A DNA stretch of 29,475 bases, taken from the NCBI GenBank assembly GCA_964493715.1, contig CAZBPC010000036.1, positions 1 through 29,475 of the forward strand, written 5' to 3'. The notes under the pieces are model-generated. The model had not been told where the DNA came from. It saw only the letters and a program-made list of their open reading frames with translations, and searched no databases. The translations under genes and the position numbers were made by a program. Below are positions 1 to 9,074 of the stretch, in pieces (the stretch's first letter is position 1; each line of letters starts with the position of its first letter). The stretch comes from an uncultured archaeon. GTDB taxonomy: Archaea > Asgardarchaeota > Lokiarchaeia > Sigyniarchaeales > SOKP01.

Positions 1-1
1 G

Positions 2-358
2 ATCAAACTCACTTCGGTAACAATTCATCGTAATCCAACTTTTTGCTGGTTCATACGATACTGACTCCGTGGGACGCGCCATTACATAACCAGCAACAAT
101 ACCCTCCTGATTGACGAAATAATTTCGTGCTGCAGAACCTGCTCTAATGGAAGGACACTTTTCTTGTGTTAATTCCTTCATCATATTTGGGAAATCTCTC
201 CACATCCGAGGACCTAAACCACATCCAGATGAATTTTTTTCACCAGGTTTACGCCCACGTTCAAAGAAAATTGTTTTTAATCCCAAATCGGCTGCATATT
301 TTGCAGCCATTGACCCTCCAGGACCCGCACCAACAACTATTAAATCATAAGTGTTCAT
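2..358 (-). CDS. FAD-dependent oxidoreductase, geranylgeranyl reductase/FixC family (N-terminal part; runs off window start)
   Basis: Not in the ORF track. Manual translation from ATG at 358: MNTYDLIVVGAGPGGSMAAKYAADLGLKTIFFERGRKPGEKNSSGCGL..., with a GxGxxG Rossmann motif and GGR/FixC-like ERG..PG.K motif; GGTGA SD upstream. Confidence 0.85.
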   Translation of the reverse strand, partial: MNTYDLIVVGAGPGGSMAAKYAADLGLKTIFFERGRKPGEKNSSGCGLGPRMWRDFPNMMKELTQEKCPSIRAGSAARNYFVNQEGIVAGYVMARPTESVSYEPAKSWITMNCYRSEFD

Positions 359-362
359 AAGT

Positions 363-367
363 TCACC
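363..367 (-). promoter_or_regulatory. Shine-Dalgarno site GGTGA
   Basis: tcacc on + strand, 4 nt upstream of the ATG at 358. Confidence 0.6.
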
Positions 368-511
368 CTAATTAACTGAATTTCGATTTCAAAAAGAAAA
401 TTGATAATATATTTTTATGCAGATCACTATTTAAAATTCACTTAATTGGAACCCGAATTTTTCAATACAATGTTATGAGAAGGTGGAATATTAGATGAAT
501 TGAAAAAGAAA

Positions 512-1045
512 TTACATTAAAGATTCTATCTCTTTTTGCATTTTTTCAGTTCTTTCTTTTGATTTTAATAGAAGAGTAGTTTTACCATATTTAGAAAACC
601 ATTTATTAAATCGTTGCTCAATCGTGACTTCTTTTGTACCTACAGTGAGTTTATCTGCAACACATATTATTTTTTCCTCCAATGTAATAGGCAAGTATTC
701 CTTTTCTGGTAAACCTATAAATTTTGCATCTTCTTTATCTAATCCCCCCAAAATATGGGTTTCACAGATTCTAACTAATTGATTAGGCAGACCACGCTCT
801 TTTAAAATCTTGCCTCCTATTAATGCATGATTAAAGCCATGAGTCTTCGCTCTACCGATATCGTGTAATAGAGCACCAACTTCAACTAAACTTTTGTCTA
901 CTTTCTTTTTTTTAATCATATTTGCAATTTCTAATGCTTTTTCAGCTACTTTTATTGAATGCTTGCGAACTTGATATGGAACTTTTAATATCCTAAGCAA
1001 TTCAAAAGCAAAATCACTGGTAGGTAATGGTTCATGTTCTTCCAT
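512..1045 (-). CDS. HD-domain phosphohydrolase (archaeal HDIG/TIGR00295-like)
   Basis: HSIKVA...LLHDIGR...HALIG...H...EEKIICVADKL motif series. Confidence 0.85.
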   Translation of the reverse strand: MEEHEPLPTSDFAFELLRILKVPYQVRKHSIKVAEKALEIANMIKKKKVDKSLVEVGALLHDIGRAKTHGFNHALIGGKILKERGLPNQLVRICETHILGGLDKEDAKFIGLPEKEYLPITLEEKIICVADKLTVGTKEVTIEQRFNKWFSKYGKTTLLLKSKERTEKMQKEIESLM

Positions 1046-1130
1046 TGTAAAATATAATTTAGTATGTACTTTAAGTTTTAGTTAATCTTAAATTAGGAAA
1101 AACTGAAGAAATAAGGGATTATAAGCAGAT

Positions 1131-1616
1131 CTAAATTTCTTCAAATGGACCGGTAATTAATCCCCCTAAAAATCCACCGATTAAAACTCCGATCATTCCA
1201 GTTAAAACGCCTCCAATTGTTGCACTTAATTGAGCTCCTTGAAATAATGCCATTAAATCTTCTCCAGAAATAACGCTTAATAACATCCAAATCAAGAAAT
1301 CCACAACTACCACTAAACTGCTAGCTATTAGACTTCTCTTAATTCCTTTTACTATGGTTCCGCTCACATATCCAATAAAGATACTAGCAAGGATTTGGGG
1401 ACTGAAGATCTCGAGAAATCCAGGATTATTTGCAAAAAATGAGATAATATCAAATTCAAAATTCGCACCAATCATCAATATAATTACTTTTAAAGGATCG
1501 GAGCCCAAATATGATTCAATACGAAGGATCACATTGTCCATGTTAAAGAAAAATACTGTTAAGAAACTAAAACAGATTCCAACTATAATTCCAATCACTA
1601 ATCGATAAGAGACCAT
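1131..1616 (-). CDS. Hypothetical integral membrane protein (~4 TM, glycine-zipper C-terminal helix)
   Basis: Four hydrophobic stretches; GGVLTGMIGVLIGGFLGGLITG; cggag SD-like site upstream. Confidence 0.7.
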   Translation of the reverse strand: MVSYRLVIGIIVGICFSFLTVFFFNMDNVILRIESYLGSDPLKVIILMIGANFEFDIISFFANNPGFLEIFSPQILASIFIGYVSGTIVKGIKRSLIASSLVVVVDFLIWMLLSVISGEDLMALFQGAQLSATIGGVLTGMIGVLIGGFLGGLITGPFEEI

Positions 1617-1825
1617 TTTATTCTCCGTAAGCGGTTAAATCTTTTAATGTGAATACTAATGAGAAAATATTATTTATTATAATAACTACTATTTAATAAT
1701 TCTTTAGTTCTTGCCGTTTTAGAAGATATCTATTGATAAAATATTAAAATTATGTTATTTTATTTATGTTAATTAAGGTTTTTTTTGTATAGACAAATTT
1801 AAACATTAACAACAAGGTCTCTACT

Positions 1826-2653
1826 TTGGCAAGAAAGAAAAAGAAAGATGAAGAACTGGAGAAGGAAGAAGAAATTCAAGAAAAAGAGGCTAAAGAACCT
1901 CTTGGCAAGCGTTTCATTGATGATTTCGAAGAAGACTTCGAAGATGATTTAGATTTAGAAGAAGAATTAGAATTACTTGATACTGAAGATTTAGACGCTG
2001 ATATTGAAGAACCAGATAAAATTATCGATAAAGATGAAGAAAAAAAGCAACTTTATCTGAGTTGTGGAATTCACATCGGAACAAAACTATTAACTGGAGA
2101 TGCTCGAAGATTTGTTTACAGGCAAACTAATTATGGTTTATATGTTATTGATTTAACTAAAACAGATGAACGATTAAAGATAGCGGCTAAATTTTTAAGT
2201 AAATATATTGAAGAAGGAAGCGAACGAGTAATTGTCACTTCTGTACGAAGATATGGAAAAGAACCCGTAAAAAAATTCTGTAAGGTCCTAGGTTGTAAAG
2301 CTATTACTACTAGATTCATACCCGGATCCCTTACTAATCCAATCATCGATGATTACATAAAGGACGCTTCAGTTGTCCTCATTGTTGATCCACATGCCGA
2401 TAAAGTAGTTTTAAAAGAAGCAAAATTAGCTCGTGTTCCTATAGTCTCATTATTTGATACTGATGACACACTTAAAGGAATAGATCTAGCCATACCTGCC
2501 AATAATAGAGGTAAAAAAGCATTAGGAGTCGCATTTTGGCTTTTAGCCAGACAAATCATGCTTGAATTGGGAAAAATCAATAGTGAAGATGAATTCACAC
2601 CTACTCTTGAGGAATTTACTTCTAAAATCGTGCCAATGTATAAACAAACATAA
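1826..2653 (+). CDS. rps2: 30S ribosomal protein uS2 with acidic N-terminal extension
   Basis: YLSCGIHIGTK, GLYVIDL.KTDERL, RFIPGSLTNP, DP..D, DLAIPANNRG..ALG..FWLLAR are archaeal/eukaryal uS2 motifs; TTG start. Confidence 0.95.
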   Translation: MARKKKKDEELEKEEEIQEKEAKEPLGKRFIDDFEEDFEDDLDLEEELELLDTEDLDADIEEPDKIIDKDEEKKQLYLSCGIHIGTKLLTGDARRFVYRQTNYGLYVIDLTKTDERLKIAAKFLSKYIEEGSERVIVTSVRRYGKEPVKKFCKVLGCKAITTRFIPGSLTNPIIDDYIKDASVVLIVDPHADKVVLKEAKLARVPIVSLFDTDDTLKGIDLAIPANNRGKKALGVAFWLLARQIMLELGKINSEDEFTPTLEEFTSKIVPMYKQT

Positions 2654-2827
2654 CTCAATTTTCACTCAAATTCTTCTTATTCGTCAAAATAATTATGTAT
2701 TTATGATATCTTAAAATAAGAAATCTATATATACATCCTTTAAAATCTAAGAAATTCTTAAAATATAGTTAGAGACGATTTAAAAGCATTCTATACAATT
2801 AAATTCTTATTTTATATCAGATTAAAA

Positions 2828-3637
2828 TTAGATTATTTTTGCGAAAAGCTCTTTTGTTGATTTGTAAAATTTGTTTTCAGGAGAGATATCTAGCAAATTC
2901 TTGGCTAATAAATTCATTTTACTAATTTCTTCATCGTTAGGGAGTAAGCCCAGAAATTTTACCCTAACATCTTTTATACTATTAACTTTTTCTGTCAATA
3001 AATCTTTCATATCTTCGGGAAAACGATTACCGATAACGAGTATGTTTTTAAAATCTAAGTGGACTTCATTGGTTACTTCGACGATTCTTTCCATAGTGTG
3101 AAATCCCATTTTACTCGCATCCGTTACGATAACGAGGTCAGTCACGTCCTGTCCCGTTCTGCGAGCAAAGTGCTCTAATCCCGCGGGAGCATCTACTAAT
3201 ACGATGTCGTAATTTTTCGATAATACATCAATTATCCGCTTTAGAGTGTTATTCACACTGCAATAGCAACCTTCTCCTTCTCCGCGTCCCATTTCTAACA
3301 AGTCAAAATCGTCTAATTCTATTAAAGTGTCAAAGACTTCAGATTCTATTATTTGATCTTTCGAAACTTCGAGTGGTATTTGTCTCTTCTGAATTTTATC
3401 TTTAAGGGCTGTCATTTTTCCCCCTACTGTTTGTTTGAATCCAATATTTTCACCGATAATGTCTCCGATGTTTGCATCTGGATCTGCATCAATAACTAAT
3501 ACATTCTTGTATTTTTTCGATTCTATGAGGTGTTTAAGCATGAGTACCAGCAATGTAGATTTGCCCACGCCACCTTTTCCACTAAAAGATATAATCTTTA
3601 ACGCCACGATTTTTCTCACTCTTTCTTTTACGTTCAC
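2828..3637 (-). CDS. cooC: CooC-family nickel-insertion ATPase (CODH/ACS maturation factor)
   Basis: Deviant Walker A SGKGGVGKST, IDADPDAN, MGRGEGEGCYC (CxC Ni site), VDAPAGLEH; true start may be GTG at 3607 (GAGTGAG SD upstream). Confidence 0.85.
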   Translation of the reverse strand: MNVKERVRKIVALKIISFSGKGGVGKSTLLVLMLKHLIESKKYKNVLVIDADPDANIGDIIGENIGFKQTVGGKMTALKDKIQKRQIPLEVSKDQIIESEVFDTLIELDDFDLLEMGRGEGEGCYCSVNNTLKRIIDVLSKNYDIVLVDAPAGLEHFARRTGQDVTDLVIVTDASKMGFHTMERIVEVTNEVHLDFKNILVIGNRFPEDMKDLLTEKVNSIKDVRVKFLGLLPNDEEISKMNLLAKNLLDISPENKFYKSTKELFAKII

Positions 3638-3794
3638 ACGAGCTTATATGAGAAAAAAAGTGCACCTCATATAAAGTTTGATTTTATGCTTTATTAAAAG
3701 TAGGCCCTATTAACCTAATTACTTAAATCGAACTTAATATCGTGATTCTATATTATAAATATTCATTTTGAGTAATATTAGAGAAATTTTTTTT

Positions 3795-4475
3795 TCAGAG
3801 AAATTTATCTAGTGTTTTCTTTCGAAAACGTATCTCAACGCTATCTCTCATTCCAGGCAAGTTAAAGCATACATCAGGTATCATTTTTTTAAAATATGGA
3901 ATATTTTCCCGTTCAGAAATAAATTGCGAATTGTATAACGTTTCAAAGATTTCTTCTCCGGAAAATTGAATATCATCAAAATAACGAATTACTGGTCTAT
4001 TCTCACTAATGCTGTCTACAACTTCCTTTAAAGGAGAGTAATATTCGCGAATTATTCCCTTTTCATTAATTGTGCTTGTTTTTTGGGAATGTTCATTATA
4101 TAAGCAAATGATACATTTAGGCCATCTTTCATGAAAATATTCTAAAACACGATCAACTACTCGATGTTTGAGCATTACGACTCCAAAGAGGACTCCCCGA
4201 TTATTTATTTCAGTTCGCGTAAATTGTTTTGCACGATATGCTTCTGTCGTCACTTCACGCATCATTCGATTAATTTTTTTTGCAAGAGGAGTACCAGAAT
4301 TTCGAAAAATTACTTCTGGAATTGAATTTATCTGTTTTATTAACAATCGTGAGAATTTATTATGCCGAGGCAGGTTTGATAATAACTCTTCTTTGGTATA
4401 TCCTTTTGCACAACCAACAACTTCCAATGGATCCCTTTTTTTTACATTATCCTCATTCACGCGATTTCCCTCCAT
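3795..4475 (-). CDS. DUF4130 / TIGR03915-like putative DNA metabolism protein
   Basis: REVTTEAYRAKQFTR, H.V...V..YF.ERW, LYNSQFISEREN..YF..MIP resemble DUF4130; overlaps the radical SAM gene by 19 nt, its usual partner. Confidence 0.75.
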   Translation of the reverse strand: MEGNRVNEDNVKKRDPLEVVGCAKGYTKEELLSNLPRHNKFSRLLIKQINSIPEVIFRNSGTPLAKKINRMMREVTTEAYRAKQFTRTEINNRGVLFGVVMLKHRVVDRVLEYFHERWPKCIICLYNEHSQKTSTINEKGIIREYYSPLKEVVDSISENRPVIRYFDDIQFSGEEIFETLYNSQFISERENIPYFKKMIPDVCFNLPGMRDSVEIRFRKKTLDKFL

Positions 4476-5785
4476 GAATTTTCTTCTGGAGATATATGTG
4501 TAAAATGGTCGAGCGTTCTTTGATTTTTTCCGTTGATTAATAAATAAGGTTCAGCTCGCTTTAATACTACTCCCACTGCTTTCAAATCTTCCCGTTTCTT
4601 AAATTCAAATTTTTTTGATTGCAAATTAATTATTCTTTTAGCGGAGATAGGTCCGATTCCTGGGACTCGAATTAAATCTTTGTATGACGCAATATTGGGA
4701 TCCAATGGGCGGCGGCCTTCAAAATATTTTTTTGCGAGATAGATCTTTGGATCACCTTTGGGTAGGTTGTCATCGTCAGTCAATATATCTTTTAAATCAT
4801 TCAATTTATAGTGATATATTCTTAATAACCAGTCACTTTGGTATAATCGATGTTCTCTAGAAAGTGAAGCTGCTTGTTGTCCAGCAAGAGGAGTTCCTTC
4901 AATAGGAATGAATGAAGAAAAATATCCTCGTCGTAAATCAATATTACGATAGCCCCAATCAATTTGTTTAAGAAGATCAAAGTCTGTCTCTCCATAGGCA
5001 GCCCCCACGACAAATTGGGTGGTTTGTCCGCTATTTAATATTGGAGCTCCATCCCAACGAAATTTCTTATATCCATCTTCACGGCGATCTTGGATCATCA
5101 TTTCTTGGTATTTAACTTGACTATCTTCTTTCATATCTTTAATAATTTTTAGAGTGTCTAAGTTATGTTTTACTCTAATTTCTTTTAACCATCGCTGGCG
5201 CAAGATTATATCATTATTAAAATCTTTTTGTTCCGCGATTTCGGATAAAAATTCTTTGGTAGAGGCTTCAGAATTAACTGAAATGCGATCCGAAAGCGTA
5301 ATGGCTTCTTTTAATAGGGATTGACTTACACCTGGTAAACATTTAAAATGAACATATCCTTGGAAATGATATTTGAATCTAAGTAGTCGTATTGCTTCTA
5401 GCATTTCTTCAGTTGTTTCATCAGCACTACCAAATACTCCTGATGAAATAAATACTCCTTCTACTACATTCATCGAATACAGTTTCATAAATGTACGGGC
5501 ATACTCTTCTGGAGTAAAACTCATTTTATGCTTACATATATGTGAGAAACAGTATTTACAGTTATATATGCACTTGTTGGTATAGAGGGTTTTGAACAGA
5601 CTCATGCAACGACCATCAGGTGTATAAGAGTGACAAATTCCAGCACTAGCCGCAGCTCCTACCCAATTTTTCGAAATTCCGAAAATTTTTGGATATTTAT
5701 CTGTACGACTGGAAGCGGTGCTGGCACATATATCGTATTTTGAATTTTCTCCTAAAACTCGTATCTTTTCTAAGGTAGACGGCAT
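4457..5785 (-). CDS. Putative DNA modification/repair radical SAM protein (TIGR03916/COG4277 type)
   Basis: KYDICAS, GICHSYTPDGRCMSLFKTL, CxxxCxxC (CIYNCKYC), GQTTQFVVGA, REHRLYQSDWLLRIY, C-terminal HhH LIRVPGIGPISAKRII. Confidence 0.92.
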   Translation of the reverse strand: MPSTLEKIRVLGENSKYDICASTASSRTDKYPKIFGISKNWVGAAASAGICHSYTPDGRCMSLFKTLYTNKCIYNCKYCFSHICKHKMSFTPEEYARTFMKLYSMNVVEGVFISSGVFGSADETTEEMLEAIRLLRFKYHFQGYVHFKCLPGVSQSLLKEAITLSDRISVNSEASTKEFLSEIAEQKDFNNDIILRQRWLKEIRVKHNLDTLKIIKDMKEDSQVKYQEMMIQDRREDGYKKFRWDGAPILNSGQTTQFVVGAAYGETDFDLLKQIDWGYRNIDLRRGYFSSFIPIEGTPLAGQQAASLSREHRLYQSDWLLRIYHYKLNDLKDILTDDDNLPKGDPKIYLAKKYFEGRRPLDPNIASYKDLIRVPGIGPISAKRIINLQSKKFEFKKREDLKAVGVVLKRAEPYLLINGKNQRTLDHFTHISPEENSWREIA

Positions 5786-5888
5786 GTATCCTTCAGCTAA
5801 GTAGAATTGAAAAAAATCATTTAATGTATGTATTTATCTCTTGATGTTTACTTATAAAAAGTGAGGGATATCGAATTTTCAATATAGT

Positions 5889-6314
5889 TTATTTCTTATT
5901 ATTTTTAAATTCTTTAAGAATATTCCCCCTTATTTTTCTAAAATTCTCGCCTTTATCTACAAAAGTGGGAACATCCCCATGAGGTGATTTATATGAATCC
6001 ATTCTTATTCGGAAATGTGTGCGAATTATGTCTACGATCGCATCAGAATAATCCATCCAAATCCCAGCTTCAATATTTTCATTTAATAGGTCGAGCCAGA
6101 AGGTTGGAATTGAAAAGATAATTCTAGTTGTATTTGCTACTGATTTGGAGGAAGCTATAATAGTAGAAGGTCTTCCTTCTTTATCCCATTGTTTAGCTGC
6201 TGAAATTGTACCATAAGAGCATTTTTCATCAATTACAATCGAAGATTGTTTTTCTGCTTTTTCAAGTCTTTCAAGTATGCGTAAATATTTTTCTTTGTCA
6301 ATACTTCTAGGCAT
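5889..6314 (-). CDS. Putative transcription regulator, N-terminal HTH-like + ribbon-helix-helix domain
   Basis: aa 62-101 RIIFSIPTFWLDLLNENIEAGIWMDYSDAIVDIIR fits the CopG/Arc RHH pattern; aa 10-43 ...EKCSYGTISAAKQW is HTH-like; GGTGAG SD at 6321-6326. Confidence 0.6.
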   Translation of the reverse strand: MPRSIDKEKYLRILERLEKAEKQSSIVIDEKCSYGTISAAKQWDKEGRPSTIIASSKSVANTTRIIFSIPTFWLDLLNENIEAGIWMDYSDAIVDIIRTHFRIRMDSYKSPHGDVPTFVDKGENFRKIRGNILKEFKNNKK

Positions 6315-6325
6315 ATTAAACTCAC

Positions 6326-6385
6326 CTACTATTATAATATCTACTATTATATTTAAATATTTGTAGTAGAAAAATAGTAGATATT
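6326..6385. promoter_or_regulatory. Operator-like array of CTACTA/TAGTAG boxes around a palindromic TATA box
   Basis: CTACTATTATA direct repeat (6326-6336, 6341-6351); perfect 13-bp inverted repeat AATATCTACTATT (6336-6348) / AATAGTAGATATT (6373-6385); extra TAGTAG 6364-6369; palindrome ATATTTAAATAT 6349-6360. Confidence 0.65.
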
Positions 6386-6472
6386 TATTATATTGTTTTT
6401 ATTTCATGGATAAACAAACTAAAATCTATTTTTAGTTTATTGGATTATATTTAATTAAAATCAATAAATTAA

Positions 6473-8308
6473 TTGAAGTTAAAAATGCCTATCTATACTG
6501 GAGGAGAAATAATCTCTAAATACCTAATTAAAGAAGGGATAAAACATGTTGCAGGAATTCCAGGACATGGCAATTTACCCTTAGTCGACGCTCTTTTTAA
6601 AGATAAAGAAAAAATCAAATTTATTCAACCAAAACAAGAAATGAGTGGAATACATCTCGCAATTGGATATTACAGAATTACTGGAAAACCTTTAGCTGTT
6701 GTCACGTCGATTGGACCAGGAGCAATTAATACGGCAATTGGTTTAGCAGATGCTTTTGTTGATGGATTTCCTGTATTATGTCTAACTGGTGACACCCACA
6801 CGCACATGCGTGGAAAAGGAGTTCTTCAGGAAATAGAGCGAAGAAGAGATTCTGACTTCCCAAGAATCTTAGAACCTGTGACTAAACGTTCTTGGCAAAT
6901 AAGTCAAGTATCTCAGCTTCCTAATGTAATGCAACGAGCATTTAATCAGATGATGACTGGTCGGAGAGGCCCTGTTCATATTGATCTACCAATGAATGTA
7001 CAAGCTGACGCGATCGATTGTGAAATTCCTGAACCACTAGAAAGAAGATCAATGGCACGTATACAAGGTGATCCAATAGAGATCAAGAATTCAGTTAAAT
7101 TACTTAAAGAAGCAAGACGTCCAGTTCTATTATTAGGTGGTGGGGTTGTATCCTCAAATGCTTATGATGAAGTAAAAGAATTAGCAGAAAAAATTGGTGC
7201 TGCGGTTGTAGTCACCATGATGGGAAAGGATGCTTTTCCAAATGATCATTCTCTTTTTTGTTGGTCAACTGGCTCGAAAGGAACAAAAATAGGTCTTTCG
7301 ATGACATCAAAAGCAGATGTGTTAATAGCAATTGGTTGCAGATTTGCAGACGAAACTGCTAGCTCCTATAGAGATGGAGTGAGTTTTTCAATACCTCCGA
7401 CAAATTTAATACAAATTGATATTGATCCTCATGAAATAGGTAAAAATTATCCTGTATCAGTAGGAATTATCGGAGATGCCAAAGCATGTATACAACAGTT
7501 AAATGATGAATTAGATTTACAGGGATTCACAAAAGATTTTAAAAAGTCAGAATTTTTCAAAGAAATTCAAGTGGAAAAAAAGAAATGGTTTGATTTTATC
7601 AATCAGAATAAGGATGATTCAAAAATACCTGTAATGATCTCGACAGTACTTCAAGAAATAAGAAAATTTTTCAATAGAGACGCGGTCATTGTAACCAGCT
7701 CGGGAAATGTACAAGCTCAAATTTTACAAGAACTAGAGTTTTATGAACCCAGAACATGTTTAACTGCGGGAGGGTTTTCAACAATGGGATATAGTGTCCC
7801 CGCTGCAATTGGCGCAAAATTAGGACTTATAGATAAGGGAAATCCCAATTGTCAAGTTGCAGCTCTCGTTGGAGATGGAGATTTTATGATGACAATTTCT
7901 GAGATTTCAATGGCAGTGCAACTTGGATTAGATAACATATTCTTTATCGTTCTCAATAATCATGGATGGATAGCAATAAAGGACTTACAACAAGCAGCCT
8001 TTGGTGAAGATCGAGGTTATGGCACTTCATTTGAAGATACACATGGAAATTCATATTCTCCTGATTTTGCTAAAATTGGTGAAGCATTTGGATGCCATGC
8101 TGAAAAAATTTCTAAGATGGAAGAGATTATACCCGCATTAGAAAGAGCTGCTGAATCTAATAAGCCTGCTGTAATAGAAATCGAAGTTCAAAGAGTTTAT
8201 CCTTTTACTGGGAGTCCAGCAGTTGGATGGTGGGATGTCCCTAAACCCATATACTTATCTGAACAAAGAAAAGAATATGAAGAAGAAATTAAAGGGGAAA
8301 AACTATAA
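6473..8308 (+). CDS. ThDP-dependent enzyme, acetolactate synthase-like superfamily, IolD-like
   Basis: GIPGHGN, TSIGPGAIN, VLQEIE, GPVHIDLP, IQIDID, ThDP motif GDGDFMM...VLNN, C-terminal WWDVP; likely start ATG 6485. Confidence 0.85.
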   Translation: MKLKMPIYTGGEIISKYLIKEGIKHVAGIPGHGNLPLVDALFKDKEKIKFIQPKQEMSGIHLAIGYYRITGKPLAVVTSIGPGAINTAIGLADAFVDGFPVLCLTGDTHTHMRGKGVLQEIERRRDSDFPRILEPVTKRSWQISQVSQLPNVMQRAFNQMMTGRRGPVHIDLPMNVQADAIDCEIPEPLERRSMARIQGDPIEIKNSVKLLKEARRPVLLLGGGVVSSNAYDEVKELAEKIGAAVVVTMMGKDAFPNDHSLFCWSTGSKGTKIGLSMTSKADVLIAIGCRFADETASSYRDGVSFSIPPTNLIQIDIDPHEIGKNYPVSVGIIGDAKACIQQLNDELDLQGFTKDFKKSEFFKEIQVEKKKWFDFINQNKDDSKIPVMISTVLQEIRKFFNRDAVIVTSSGNVQAQILQELEFYEPRTCLTAGGFSTMGYSVPAAIGAKLGLIDKGNPNCQVAALVGDGDFMMTISEISMAVQLGLDNIFFIVLNNHGWIAIKDLQQAAFGEDRGYGTSFEDTHGNSYSPDFAKIGEAFGCHAEKISKMEEIIPALERAAESNKPAVIEIEVQRVYPFTGSPAVGWWDVPKPIYLSEQRKEYEEEIKGEKL

Positions 8309-8988
8309 TGTTGAATTCAATCTCAATAAAGGAAATTTCATTTAGTTTAGGATTTGATTTATGTGGTATTGCTCCAACTGATCGATTTAGTGACGCTCCA
8401 GATGGATTTCAACCTAAGGACATTTATAAAGAATGTAAGTCTGTCATTGTATTTGCAAAAACAATTCCATATAGTTCTTTTTCTGCTTCTAGTTTTGTTC
8501 CATATTCTCATCTTGGAAGTGTAATTATTCAAGAAGTTGATAGTTTAACAATTAAATTTACGCGACAATTAGAAAAGCTAGGTATAGGTGCAATTCCAAT
8601 TCCTACTGACGATCCTTATGAATATTGGGAGCCAGATAGATTATATGGAAGAGCTATCTTATCATTAAGACACGCGGGTTATCTTGCAGGACTTGGAGTT
8701 TTAGGAAAAAACACTCTTTTGATTAATAATGAGTATGGTAATATGATCCAACTTGGAGCTATCTTAGTAAACATTGAGTTATTAGGTGACCCTATCGTTA
8801 AATACGAAGGTTGCTTAAAAGATTGTGAACTTTGTTTAAATTCCTGTCCTATGAAAGCTTTAGATGGAAAAACGGTAAACCAAAGACTCTGTCGATCTCA
8901 TTCGATCTACAAACACGAAAAAGGTTATGTGTTAAAGAGATGCAATACTTGCAGAAAAATCTGTCCCCATGCTCTTGGTATGAAATAA
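8308..8988 (+). CDS. Epoxyqueuosine-reductase(QueG)-like, cobalamin/2x[4Fe-4S] protein
   Basis: LGFDLCGIA, SLRHAGYLAGLGVLGKNTLLIN..YG, CxxCxxCxxxCP and CxxCxxxCP; TAATG coupling to upstream gene. Confidence 0.8.
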   Translation: MLNSISIKEISFSLGFDLCGIAPTDRFSDAPDGFQPKDIYKECKSVIVFAKTIPYSSFSASSFVPYSHLGSVIIQEVDSLTIKFTRQLEKLGIGAIPIPTDDPYEYWEPDRLYGRAILSLRHAGYLAGLGVLGKNTLLINNEYGNMIQLGAILVNIELLGDPIVKYEGCLKDCELCLNSCPMKALDGKTVNQRLCRSHSIYKHEKGYVLKRCNTCRKICPHALGMK

Positions 8989-9074
8989 TTTATTTAAATA
9001 AATAGAATATTTAAGATAAATTTTAATTAGTTTCTTGTTATTTTAACTTACCTCTTACATTATGGGGATTTAAT

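Noticed and set aside
147-360. + strand ORFs 147..350 and 166..360
   Set aside because: Antisense shadows of the minus-strand flavoprotein gene starting at 358
2712-2814. 11-bp inverted repeat TAAAATAAGAA/TTCTTATTTTA and palindrome TAAGAAATTCTTA between rps2 and cooC (possible MITE or ncRNA)
   Set aside because: Very AT-rich, short arms, no target-site duplication or second copy; compatible with chance
8308-8988. True queG for queuosine synthesis
   Set aside because: Short form in an archaeal context with no que genes; only family-level similarity
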